Origin: Thermoanaerobaculia bacterium
Lineage (GTDB): Bacteria; Acidobacteriota; Thermoanaerobaculia; UBA5066
Assembly (NCBI GenBank): GCA_963809425.1
Contig: CAWEJK010000009.1
Span: 319,982 to 383,981 of the forward strand
DNA length: 64,000 nucleotides
Direction of reading: 5' to 3'
This document shows positions 1-8,547 of the stretch, piece after piece (within the stretch, counting starts at the first letter, position 1; each line of letters opens with the position of its first letter). The notes beneath the pieces were generated by a model, which worked only from the letters and a program-made list of their open reading frames with translations, searched no databases and had not been told where the DNA came from. The position numbers were made by a program, and so were the translations under genes.

Positions 1-1
1 G

Positions 2-950
2 GAAGCGACGCTCGTTCAGGCCTCGCGGCGCGCCGCCCTTCGGGCCCGCCGCGACGCGGGCCGCCTCGAGGCTCCGCCGTCCGAGAAACGCCGCGGCCGC
101 GTGCCGTTCCGGCTCGCGCCCGGAGGCCGGCAGGAGCTCGCGATCGTGTGGAAAAACCTTCTCGCCTGGAAACGCACGAGCCTCGCCCGCCAGGCCGTCT
201 TCCTGGGATTTCTCGCGGCCGCGTTCTTCGCGGCGTCCGCCCTGCTGACGGCGCCCTCCGCGGACTCCGCGGCCGGGATCGCGAGCATGACGTGCCTCGG
301 AACAACCGCTCTCCTCGCCCTCGTCACACCTCTCGGCTTCCGGATCGACCTGCGCGGCGATCTCGAGTACGCCGCGGTCCTCAAGACCTGGCCGCTCCCC
401 GCCGAGCGGCTCGTCGTCGCGGAGCTTTCCGCGCCGGCCCTCGTCGCGGTCCTCTACAGCTGGGGAGGCATCGCGATCGCCCTCGCGATCGCGGCGGGTC
501 GTGCGGCGCGTGCCGCATTTTTCGGAACGGTCGTGGCGGCGCCGCAGGGTTCTTTCCTGCGGTTCGAAGTGATCGTGCCCGTCGCCTTGACGGTGGCCGT
601 CCTGCTGCCGAGCTTCGTCGCGCTCGCGCTCGTGGTCCAGAACGCGTCCGTTCTCGCTTTTCCGGCCTGGTTCCCGGCGGGCCGCAAGCGCGCCGTCGGT
701 CTCGAGCAGTCGGGCCTCCGCGTGCTGTCGTTCCTCGGCACGTCTCTCGTTCTCGCCGTCGCCCTCGTCCCGGCGGCGCTCGTCGCCGGGCCGCTGATCT
801 TCTTTACCTTCAGGCCCCTCGGCTTACTGGTCCCTGTTCATCGGCGCCGTTCTCGCGGGCCTGACGGTCCTCGCCGAAGCGGCCGGAGGGGTCGTCCTCC
901 TCGCCCGTCTGTTCGAGCGATTCGATCCGGCTCGGGACCTCGGTTCCTGA
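2..950 (+). CDS. Polytopic membrane protein, putative ABC-type exporter permease. The 5' end runs off the window and there is an apparent +1 frameshift near 797-830.
   Basis: Frame of ORF 101..1642 is open back to base 2. It translates as a multi-TM protein (IVWKNLLAW..., many hydrophobic helices). Near 826-829 (a CCCC run) the hydrophobic reading continues in the +1 frame (SAYWSLFIGAVLAGLTVLAEAAGGVVLLARLFERFDPARDLGS, stop at 948-950), while the original frame turns into R/P-rich junk. The span is 949 nt, which is 3n+1. Confidence 0.4.
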
Positions 951-979
951 AAGTCCGTTTTCTGACAGAATACGCGGCC

Positions 980-1642
980 ATGCCGAGTCCGCTCTCCCTG
1001 CCCGTGCGCGACGCCCTCGAGCTCATCGCGGAATCGAAGGCTCCGGCGTACGGGATGGACCGCCACGACCGCATCGTCTTCTGGAACGAAGGCGCGGAGA
1101 AAGTTCTCGGCTGGTCCACGGAGGACGTCCTCGGAAAGGCGTGCTTCGACGTCCTCGCCGGCCGGGACGTCTTCGGCAACCTCTACTGCACGAAGGAGTG
1201 CCCCGTCGTCGGGTCCGTCATCGCCGGCGATGACGTGCGGCCCTACCTTCTCGAGGTGAAGAAGAAGGGATCGGGCTCCGTGAAGCTCATCGTCCGCGCC
1301 GTTCCGCTGCCCGCGGCGGGTCCGTCGTTCGCGGTGCTCATGCACTTCCTCGAGACGGAGGGACCGGAGCTCGACAACCTGGTCTCGTTGCTGAGGTCGG
1401 CCGTGCGCGCGCCGGCCGGTCTCCCTCCCGTCGATCCTCCGATTTCCGTTTCGCCGCTCAGCGGGCGCGAGAGGGAGATCGTGATGCTGCTCTCGAACGG
1501 CTATGCGGCGCTCAACATCGCGGCGAAGCTGAATCTGTCGCACGCGACGGTGCGAAACCACATCCAGAACGTCCTCCGGAAGCTCGAGGTGCACAGCCAG
1601 GTCGAGGCCGTCGCGCTCGCGTTCCGGCGCGGCTGGATCTGA
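980..1642 (+). CDS. PAS-sensor / LuxR-family helix-turn-helix transcriptional regulator
   Basis: An internal ATG at 980 begins MPSPLS. A PAS-like segment follows (DRHDRIVFWNEGAEKVLGWSTEDVLGKACFDVL). The C-terminus is a LuxR/GerE HTH (REREIVMLLSNGYAALNIAAKLNLSHATVRNHIQNVLRKLEVHSQVEAVALAF). The portion of ORF 101..1642 upstream of 980 belongs to the permease reading frame. Confidence 0.7.
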   Translation: MPSPLSLPVRDALELIAESKAPAYGMDRHDRIVFWNEGAEKVLGWSTEDVLGKACFDVLAGRDVFGNLYCTKECPVVGSVIAGDDVRPYLLEVKKKGSGSVKLIVRAVPLPAAGPSFAVLMHFLETEGPELDNLVSLLRSAVRAPAGLPPVDPPISVSPLSGREREIVMLLSNGYAALNIAAKLNLSHATVRNHIQNVLRKLEVHSQVEAVALAFRRGWI

Positions 1643-1663
1643 CCTCCGGATCCCGCCTCTTCT

Positions 1664-2611
1664 TCAGGTCGCGGGGCGGATTCCCGTTTGGAGGGCTTCG
1701 AGGAAGCCGGCGCGCGCGAACGCGCGGGAGTCCTCCCGCCGCTCGAGGCTCATGCTGCCCCGTACCTCCTCGAGCGAGGTATGGCCGTGGGTCTCGAGCC
1801 ACTTCTCGATCTCCCGGCGCACGACCTTCAGGTGGCCGGGACCGTTCTGGAGAAGAGCCGAGACCATCTGCACGACGTCCGCGCCGGCGAGAATCGCCTT
1901 CAACGCATCGGCGCCGGTATGGACGCCGCCCGTCACGGCGAGGGACAGGTCCACGCGGCCCGAGATCATCGCGATCCAGTAAAGGCGTGAGAGCAGCTCG
2001 GTCGAGCTCGAGAGGCGCAGGTCCGGCTTCACTTCCTGCGTCTCGAGGTCGATGTCCGGCTGGTAGCTCCGGTTGAAGAGGACGAGCCCGTTCACGCCGA
2101 TCTCCTCGAACTGCCGCGCGAGCGACGCGATCGAGGAAAAATACGGAAAGATCTTCACGGCGACCGGGATCGACACGAGCGAGCGCACGGTCCGAACCGT
2201 GTCGAGGGTGTACGCCTCGAGCGTCGCGCCGCTCGTCCAGAGATTCGTGGACAGGTGGTAGATGTTCAGCTCGAGCGCGTCGGCTCCGGCCTGCTCGAGG
2301 AGTCCCGCGAACGATGTCCAGCCTTCCTCGGTCGTCCCGTTGAGCGACGCGACGACCGGAACATGGACCGATTCCTTGACCCGGTTCAGGTGCTCGAGGT
2401 AGCCGACGGGATCCGTGGGTGTGCGCTGGGTGCGGAGGGGGTCGGCCGTGATCTGTTCCTCGAAGAGCGAGTGGAGCACGATGGCCGGCGCGCCCGCATC
2501 CTCGAGGCGCAGGATCGAATCGAGATTCGCGGTGAGGGGGCCCGCTCCCGCGACGAGCGGGTTCGCCAGCCTGAGCCCGAGGTAGGTTGTCGTGAGATCC
2601 ACTGCATTCAA
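1664..2611 (-). CDS. Class-1 dihydroorotate dehydrogenase-like FMN oxidoreductase (DHOD/DHPD TIM-barrel family)
   Basis: 315 aa with a typical DHOD family N-terminus (LANPLVAGAGPLTANLDSILRLEDAGAPAIVL) and C-terminal glycine-rich FMN-phosphate segment (VTGGVHTGADALKAILAGADVVQMVSAL). It is the last gene of the cytochrome operon. Confidence 0.7.
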   Translation of the reverse strand: MNAVDLTTTYLGLRLANPLVAGAGPLTANLDSILRLEDAGAPAIVLHSLFEEQITADPLRTQRTPTDPVGYLEHLNRVKESVHVPVVASLNGTTEEGWTSFAGLLEQAGADALELNIYHLSTNLWTSGATLEAYTLDTVRTVRSLVSIPVAVKIFPYFSSIASLARQFEEIGVNGLVLFNRSYQPDIDLETQEVKPDLRLSSSTELLSRLYWIAMISGRVDLSLAVTGGVHTGADALKAILAGADVVQMVSALLQNGPGHLKVVRREIEKWLETHGHTSLEEVRGSMSLERREDSRAFARAGFLEALQTGIRPAT

Positions 2612-2667
2612 AGAATGGCGCCTGTCAATTCACAACCCCATGATGCACATGTTTCAAAACGGAGCGG

Positions 2668-4131
2668 TCACTTGACGCCGAGCTCCGCGAGCACCTTCGG
2701 GTTCGCCTCGTCCTGCGCGAGCACGGCGTGGCAGGCGTCACACTCGGCCGAGATCACACGCCCGTCGGCCGCCTTGTGGCTGCCGTCGTGACAGCGAAAG
2801 CAGCCCGGGAAGTCCTCGTGGCCGAGGTGGTTCGGGTGCGTTCCCCAGGAGATCTTCATGTTCGGCCAGACGTTCCGGCCGTAGATCTTCTGGACCTCGC
2901 GCACCGCGGACTCGACGGTGGCGCGTCGGGCCTGGTAGACGTCCGGGTACTTCGTCTTGTAGAACTCCGTGAGGTCCGTGTCCATGCGTTGGAAGGCCTC
3001 CTCGCGGGTCGGGTACGCAATCTTGAGCACCTCGAGCGATTTCTTGTGGATGAACGGCAGGTCGGGGTTGATGCGGCCCAGGGCCATCGCCTCGTTCACC
3101 GCGCGCTCGGGAAGCTGGAACGCGTGCGTCGGCCGGTTGTGGCAATCGATGCAGTCCATCGTGCGCAGCTCGGCTTTCGGCGCCGCGGGCCCGGCCTTGG
3201 CCTCTTTCGGCGTCTCGGTCGACGCGTACTCCACCGACTTCCCGTCGTCCCCGAGGTACGTCACGGAGTCGATGACCTCGCGGCGCGGGCTCGTCGTGAG
3301 GTACGAGATCCGCTCCTTGTCGTCGAAGTGCCGCCCGTGGATGCCGACCGCCCTGGATCCCATGCGGCCGCCGAGCTTGAGCAGAAGGACGGTCTTCGTC
3401 GGCGTGTTCTTCTCGTCGTCGCCGAATTTCGAGATGATCTTGAGCCGGTCTCCGGTGAATTTCTGCGGCCAGTGGCACTGCTCGCAGGTGGCGCGCGCGG
3501 GCCGAAGCGTGTGCACGGGCGACGGGATCGGGCGCGCGTAGGTTCCGAACGCGACCGCGATGACCTGCCGCACGCCGTCGACCTTCGCCTTGACGACCCA
3601 GGGCGCGCCGGGTCCGATGTGACAGCTCGCGCACGCGATCCGCGAATGCGGCGAGTCGAGGTATGCCGTGTACTCGGGCGCCATCACCGTGTGGCACGTC
3701 AGGCCGCAGAAACGGGAGGAGTCCATGTACTCGACCCCCATATAGGCCGAGAGGCTCAGGATCACGACGTTGACCACCGTGAGGCCGGCGATGAGGATGA
3801 CCGCGCGGCGGAGGTTCGCGTCCCCGAGGTCCACCTTCGGATATTCCGTGGGAAGCGTCCCCTCCCGGCGCAGCCGGCGACGCTCGAAGAAAATCCCGAC
3901 GGGGATGAGAAGAAGACCCACGAGGAAGAAGAACGGCAGGACGAGGATGAAGACGATGCCCGAGTACGGATGGACGGGCTTCGAGTTCATCGTCTCGAAG
4001 AGCCAGAATCCGACGAGCGTCACCGCGGCGCTCGTCGTGAGTCCGACGCCGATCTGCGAAACGCGGTTCCGCCCCAGATAGAAGAGTGGCCTCAGCCACC
4101 CCGAAAGGGGGCCGGATTTCGCCTCGGTCAT
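2668..4131 (-). CDS. Membrane-anchored multihaem c-type cytochrome (NapC/NirT/ImcH-like), putative quinol dehydrogenase
   Basis: 487 aa with three N-terminal hydrophobic helices. Five canonical CxxCH motifs are present (CASCH, CEQCH, CIDCH, CFRCH, CDACH) plus one CGLTCH (CX3CH) motif. Confidence 0.8.
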   Translation of the reverse strand: MTEAKSGPLSGWLRPLFYLGRNRVSQIGVGLTTSAAVTLVGFWLFETMNSKPVHPYSGIVFILVLPFFFLVGLLLIPVGIFFERRRLRREGTLPTEYPKVDLGDANLRRAVILIAGLTVVNVVILSLSAYMGVEYMDSSRFCGLTCHTVMAPEYTAYLDSPHSRIACASCHIGPGAPWVVKAKVDGVRQVIAVAFGTYARPIPSPVHTLRPARATCEQCHWPQKFTGDRLKIISKFGDDEKNTPTKTVLLLKLGGRMGSRAVGIHGRHFDDKERISYLTTSPRREVIDSVTYLGDDGKSVEYASTETPKEAKAGPAAPKAELRTMDCIDCHNRPTHAFQLPERAVNEAMALGRINPDLPFIHKKSLEVLKIAYPTREEAFQRMDTDLTEFYKTKYPDVYQARRATVESAVREVQKIYGRNVWPNMKISWGTHPNHLGHEDFPGCFRCHDGSHKAADGRVISAECDACHAVLAQDEANPKVLAELGVK

Positions 4132-4153
4132 GTGGTTCCTCCGCGAAGAATGA

Positions 4154-4909
4154 TCAGGACAAGAGAGCGTACAGCGTCAGGGTCACGAGGAGAAGTCCGA
4201 GCAGCACCGCCGTCGTACCGATGATCCGCCCGCGCTTCAGGATCTCCGGGCCGGGCGCCGGCGCCGCGATTTCCTCGAGCGCGCCGTCCGCGACGAGGCG
4301 GGCATATTCGGCGGGACGCTCGTGCCGGACCTCGTCCAGGGGCAGAACTCCCGTGAAAATGACCGTGTCCATCGGGAACTTCTCGGGCCGAAGGTGCCCG
4401 TTGAAGAAATGAACCGTGAAGATGAAAACGGTGGCGAGAAGCGCCTCCTCGCCGTGAATGAGGAGCGCCACGTTGAAGAGATCCCCGGGCAGGAAGCGAG
4501 CCCAGAACCTCGGGAACCAGAGGATGAGGCCCGAGCCGCCGATGATCCCCATTCCCCAGAACACGGCCCAATAGTCGAATTTTTCCCAGTAGGTGAAGCG
4601 GTCGAACTCGGGCCGCGGGCCCCTGCCGACGAACCAGCGCACGTGTCCGACGAGCTGCTTGAGATCCTCGAGGCGCGGCACCATCGAGCGCGCACCCCAG
4701 AGGAGGCCGTAGTCGCGGTCGCGGAAGATCCTCTTCAGGAGGCGCGCGAGGTGCAGGCCGAACGTGAGCAGCATGCAGATGGCGAAGACGCGGTGCAGGA
4801 AGCCCGCCGCCTGGAAGCCTCCCACGACCCGCGAGAGTTTCGCGGCCCACGCGCGCTCGGAGAAGAGAAGCGGGAGCCCCGTGAAGGAGAGCCCGAGGAA
4901 GCTCGCCAT
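4154..4909 (-). CDS. Dihaem cytochrome b membrane subunit (Ni/Fe-hydrogenase/FdnI-type cytochrome b family)
   Basis: 251 aa with 4-5 predicted TM helices and conserved His-containing helices (FLHRVFAICMLL, LIHGEEALLATVFIFTVHFFNGHLRPEK). It sits directly upstream of an 11-haem cytochrome, as in Geobacter Cbc complexes. Confidence 0.6.
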   Translation of the reverse strand: MASFLGLSFTGLPLLFSERAWAAKLSRVVGGFQAAGFLHRVFAICMLLTFGLHLARLLKRIFRDRDYGLLWGARSMVPRLEDLKQLVGHVRWFVGRGPRPEFDRFTYWEKFDYWAVFWGMGIIGGSGLILWFPRFWARFLPGDLFNVALLIHGEEALLATVFIFTVHFFNGHLRPEKFPMDTVIFTGVLPLDEVRHERPAEYARLVADGALEEIAAPAPGPEILKRGRIIGTTAVLLGLLLVTLTLYALLS

Positions 4910-5010
4910 CAGGAGGACGTGGAGCGAGCGGTCGTACCCGTCGAACCGGCGGACCCAGCCCGTCGTCGCCGCCTACTCGGCGGCCGGAGGTGCGGGAGAC
5001 TCTTCGGGCA

Positions 5011-6252
5011 TCACGCTTCTCCCCCCCTCTTCGCATCGGCGTCCCGGCGCGCCTTCACCGAGCGCGGGAACCAGAGCACGGTGTGGATCCCGAAGAAGGC
5101 GAAGACGCCCACGAGCAGGATCTTCATGAAGAGCGAGGTCGCCCAGAGCAGCTGGCTTCGTCCCCGGTCGTGCGTGTCGGCGTGCGGGTCGTATTTCGCG
5201 AAGCTCGCTCCGACGCCGGGATGACATTTCTGGCAGGTCGCGACGCGCTTCGCGGGCCCGACGGACGAGCGCGCGTCGCCGGCCGGGTGAATCTCGTGCG
5301 CCGTGTGGCAGTCCGCGCAGGTCGCCACGCGGGTGAAGCCCATCGCGCTGACCTGACCGTGATAGGTGTCGCGATAGGTCTTGAGCTGGCGCTCGTGACA
5401 GCCGCCGCACTCATGGAGGATCTGGAGGCGCCGGACCTCGGGAGCCGCCGTGATCGCGTGCGCGGTATGGCAGTCGGCGCAGACGGGCACCTTCAGGTTG
5501 TTCTTCGCGAGCTGCTCGCCGTGGATCGAGGTCGCGTACTCGTCGAGAATCTTCGAGTGGCACGTGCCGCAGGTCGCGGGGATCTTCGATCGAAACACGA
5601 GGCTCTCGGGATCCGTCCTCGGATCGCGGATGGCATGCGCCCCGTGGCAGTTCGCGCAGTTCGGCGCGACCGCGAGCCCGCTCTTCTCGAGCGCCTTGCC
5701 GTGGATGCTGTCGTGGAAGAGGGCGGGCTGGTTCACCGCGGGTCCGCCCGCGCCCGGCACCACCGCGATGTTCGCGTGGCACCTCAGGCAGGTCGTCGGG
5801 AGATTGAAGTGATTCGTCCGCGAAGCGGGGTCCTTCGACGGCCGGATGTCGTGGATCCCGTGGCAGTCCGTGCAGGTCGCTGCCTTGCTGGCCTTCGATT
5901 TCCCGCGCTCTGCGGCATGCACGCTCTTCCGATACTCCTCGACCTCCGACGCGTGGCAGGAGGCGCAGTCGACCGGGGCGAGCTTCTCGGCGTGGGGAAA
6001 ATCCGTCGTCCGGGCCAGGTCCTGGTGGCAATCGACGCAGGCGGCACCGGCGGCCCCGTGCACGGAGTCGCCGAACGCTTTCTTGTCCACGAAAAGGGAG
6101 GACCCATCTGCCCTCTTGGCGGATGGGTCCTCGTGGCAGGCGAGACAGTCGTCGTTCGGCGGGAGGCTTCGGGGCGGCGGCGGGGCCGCCGCCCGGAGGG
6201 GGGCGGCCGTGAACAGAAACGCGGCGAGTACGCCCCCGAGCCTCATCCGCAT
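5011..6252 (-). CDS. Undecahaem c-type cytochrome with signal peptide and C-terminal transmembrane anchor
   Basis: 413 aa with an N-terminal signal peptide (MRMRLGGVLAAFLFTAAPLRAAA) and 11 CxxCH motifs (CLACH, CVDCH, CASCH, CTDCH, CLRCH, CANCH, CGTCH, CADCH, CGGCH, CADCH, CQKCH). A C-terminal hydrophobic helix (LLWATSLFMKILLVGVFAFFGIHTVLWF) precedes a basic tail. Confidence 0.8.
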   Translation of the reverse strand: MRMRLGGVLAAFLFTAAPLRAAAPPPPRSLPPNDDCLACHEDPSAKRADGSSLFVDKKAFGDSVHGAAGAACVDCHQDLARTTDFPHAEKLAPVDCASCHASEVEEYRKSVHAAERGKSKASKAATCTDCHGIHDIRPSKDPASRTNHFNLPTTCLRCHANIAVVPGAGGPAVNQPALFHDSIHGKALEKSGLAVAPNCANCHGAHAIRDPRTDPESLVFRSKIPATCGTCHSKILDEYATSIHGEQLAKNNLKVPVCADCHTAHAITAAPEVRRLQILHECGGCHERQLKTYRDTYHGQVSAMGFTRVATCADCHTAHEIHPAGDARSSVGPAKRVATCQKCHPGVGASFAKYDPHADTHDRGRSQLLWATSLFMKILLVGVFAFFGIHTVLWFPRSVKARRDADAKRGGEA

Positions 6253-6256
6253 CGAT

Positions 6257-6586
6257 TTACTTGGACGCGGGATCGCCGGGGTTCGTCCCCTTCTTGAGCT
6301 CGTCGCCGTTCGACACGCCGTCTCCGTCGCTGTCCAGCTTCTCGAGAGCGACGAAATCGTACTTGCCGTCCTTGCCCTTCACCTTGTTGAGGTCCGCGCC
6401 GAACTTGTTCACGGCGGCCTCGCCCTTCTTCGGCATGGCCTTCGTGTGGCAGGACCCGCATTTGACCTTTGAGTCGGGATACTTCTTCAGAACTTCCTTC
6501 TGGAGATCCATCGCGGCGAACGCCGAGCCCGCGACGAGCGCGGCGGCCGAGGCGAGGGTGACGACTGCGAGACGTGTCTTATTCAT
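6257..6586 (-). CDS. Secreted monohaem cytochrome c with an acidic DxDGDG segment
   Basis: 109 aa with a signal peptide (MNKTRLAVVTLASAAALVAGSAFA) and a single CGSCH motif. The C-terminal segment (LEKLDSDGDGVSNGDELKKGTNPGD) resembles a calcium-binding loop. Confidence 0.7.
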   Translation of the reverse strand: MNKTRLAVVTLASAAALVAGSAFAAMDLQKEVLKKYPDSKVKCGSCHTKAMPKKGEAAVNKFGADLNKVKGKDGKYDFVALEKLDSDGDGVSNGDELKKGTNPGDPASK

Positions 6587-6599
6587 GTCGCTGTTTCCT

Positions 6600-8537
6600 T
6601 CAGGGGCGCCACTTGAGGTAGACGCCGATTCGATTCGCGCGGAAGCTGCTCGATGCGATCTGATAGTCGAGATAGCGGTCGACAGACCACTCGCCGATGA
6701 GTCCGACGTTCGCCGTCGCGTCGAAGTCGACGCGGGCGCCGCCGCGATAGAGACGGTATTCGTAAGTGCCCTCGTTCGCGAAGCGGGTCCAGAAGCCGTC
6801 GATGGCCAGCTTGTCGAACTTGACGCCCAGGCCGGCTTCCAGGAGCTCGCCGTCTTCCTTGTTGACGGAGTCGAACGTCGTGAAGTCCTGCGGAGCGCGG
6901 ACGGGGATCCTGCTGTCGGCCTGCATCTTGCCGTAGGCCCCGTGGAGCCGCAGCATCTTGACCGGCGTGATCGTGACGTCGCCCGTGTACTGGCGCGACG
7001 TGCCCTTGGAGTTGATGAGAAGCGTGTCGTTCTTCTGGTCGACCCAGAGACCGGTTGCGCCGAGCGTGAGCCACGGGAAGCCCTTCCAGGTGGCGCGCAC
7101 GCGCTCGCGGTTGCGGCTCGTGAAGTCGGTCCTGAGAACCGCCACGTCCGCGTCGTCCCACGACACCTCGCCCGCGATGAAGAATCCGCCCGCCGCGTAC
7201 GTGAGGGCGCCCTCGTAACGGTTGATCGTGCGGTCGAAGTTCCCGCCCTGACCGCCCGGGACGACGATCTCGGCCGGATCCTCCGAGACGACGAGGTTCT
7301 GCTGCGTCTGCGACCATCCGGCGCGGATGCCGAAGGGCCCGAAGACCTTCGCGGACGCCTGGACGTCGTAAACGTCTTCCGTGCGCTCGATGGAGTTCTT
7401 CGCGTTCAGCAGCGTCTGGAGGTCGGCGAGCGTGAAGCCCGTGAACGTCGTGGTGCCGCTGTACAGGGTGCTCACGAGGTCCTGGCCGTCCCACGTGGCG
7501 TTGCGACGGACGAAACCGCCCGTCACGTCGACGCCCTCGAGGGCGTGCCACTCGACGCGCGCGCCGGCTCGCCAGACGGAGTTCTGGACGCGGGACGACG
7601 CACTCTCGGTGAGGCCGGTGAAGAAGCGCGAGATGGGGAACGACACGAGGGAGCCGGAAGCGCTCTCTTTTTCCGTGTCGTCTCCGGACGCGTTCGCCTT
7701 GACGTAGAAGCCGATCAGCTGAAGGGAATCGGTCGCGAAACCGCGCAGGAACACCGAGGTCGTCGGGGTGTTGATGTCGGTGACGCTCGTGCGTGAGTAG
7801 GAAGAGAGGTTCAGGTTCTTGTCGAGCACAGGACCCGGGTTGTTGCCGGCGCCCGCCCCGTTGAGGAGGCTGAGCGTCTCGGTCTCCCGGTAGCGGCGCC
7901 AGCCCTGGAGAAACTCGCCCGACACCGGTCCGGCGCGGAAGCCGGCGCCGACGCGGATCTCCTGGTCGTGGACCTTGAGATCCTGCCCGAGGCGAAATTC
8001 ATCCTGGCCGAGAAAGGTCGTCGAAAATCCCGGACCCTTCAGCTTGTTGGACGTGTACCCGACGAGAGGCGTGACGACGGCCCCGGGCAGAAGCTCGAGG
8101 TTGAGGTCCACCATGTCCCGGGTCCGATCCCAGGTCTGCTGACCGACCGGCGCGCCGAGCGGATTCGCGAAGCCGGCGAGCGCGCTGAACTGATCGAGGT
8201 GGCGATAGGAGGCACGGAGGCGATAGGCGCCCGTGAGGCCCGCATCGAGCCTCAGGGACCCGGCGGGGCCGGCCCCGAGCTCGGAGCCGTCGATCCGGAG
8301 GCGGTCGAGAATCGGGAATCCGTTCGTTTTTCCGTCCTCGCCGATGTGGATGCTGCGCACGAGAACCCCTTCGCTCTCGTTGATCTGAGAGCGATAGGAC
8401 TCTTCGCTGCCGCTGAGAGTGAGAAAGCGGTAGCCCACCTCGATGTCGAACGGAATCGCCTGGGCACGGGCGACGCCGGCCGAACCGAGGACGGAGGCGA
8501 GAGCGGCGACGAGGAAGGCGGAGCGGAATGTTCGCAT
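6600..8537 (-). CDS. Outer-membrane beta-barrel protein, MtrB/PioB-like porin partner of the decahaem cytochrome
   Basis: 645 aa with a signal peptide (MRTFRSAFLVAALASVLGSAGVARAQA). The sequence has alternating beta-strand-like character with many aromatic strand ends and C-terminal ...YLKWRP. It lies immediately downstream of the MtrA-like gene (stop 8548, start 8537), the same order as mtrA-mtrB. Confidence 0.6.
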   Translation of the reverse strand: MRTFRSAFLVAALASVLGSAGVARAQAIPFDIEVGYRFLTLSGSEESYRSQINESEGVLVRSIHIGEDGKTNGFPILDRLRIDGSELGAGPAGSLRLDAGLTGAYRLRASYRHLDQFSALAGFANPLGAPVGQQTWDRTRDMVDLNLELLPGAVVTPLVGYTSNKLKGPGFSTTFLGQDEFRLGQDLKVHDQEIRVGAGFRAGPVSGEFLQGWRRYRETETLSLLNGAGAGNNPGPVLDKNLNLSSYSRTSVTDINTPTTSVFLRGFATDSLQLIGFYVKANASGDDTEKESASGSLVSFPISRFFTGLTESASSRVQNSVWRAGARVEWHALEGVDVTGGFVRRNATWDGQDLVSTLYSGTTTFTGFTLADLQTLLNAKNSIERTEDVYDVQASAKVFGPFGIRAGWSQTQQNLVVSEDPAEIVVPGGQGGNFDRTINRYEGALTYAAGGFFIAGEVSWDDADVAVLRTDFTSRNRERVRATWKGFPWLTLGATGLWVDQKNDTLLINSKGTSRQYTGDVTITPVKMLRLHGAYGKMQADSRIPVRAPQDFTTFDSVNKEDGELLEAGLGVKFDKLAIDGFWTRFANEGTYEYRLYRGGARVDFDATANVGLIGEWSVDRYLDYQIASSSFRANRIGVYLKWRP

Positions 8538-8547
8538 CGGCCTGTCC

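Noticed and set aside
1643-1663. Possible bidirectional terminator hairpin (CCCGCC...GGCGGG) between the convergent LuxR and DHOD-like genes
   Set aside because: The stem is short and imperfect and lacks a clear U-tract. It is mentioned only as a weak possibility.
4128-5036. 302-aa ORF overlapping the cytochrome b gene in another frame
   Set aside because: R/P/G-rich junk. The cytochrome b frame has proper TM helices and conserved His residues.
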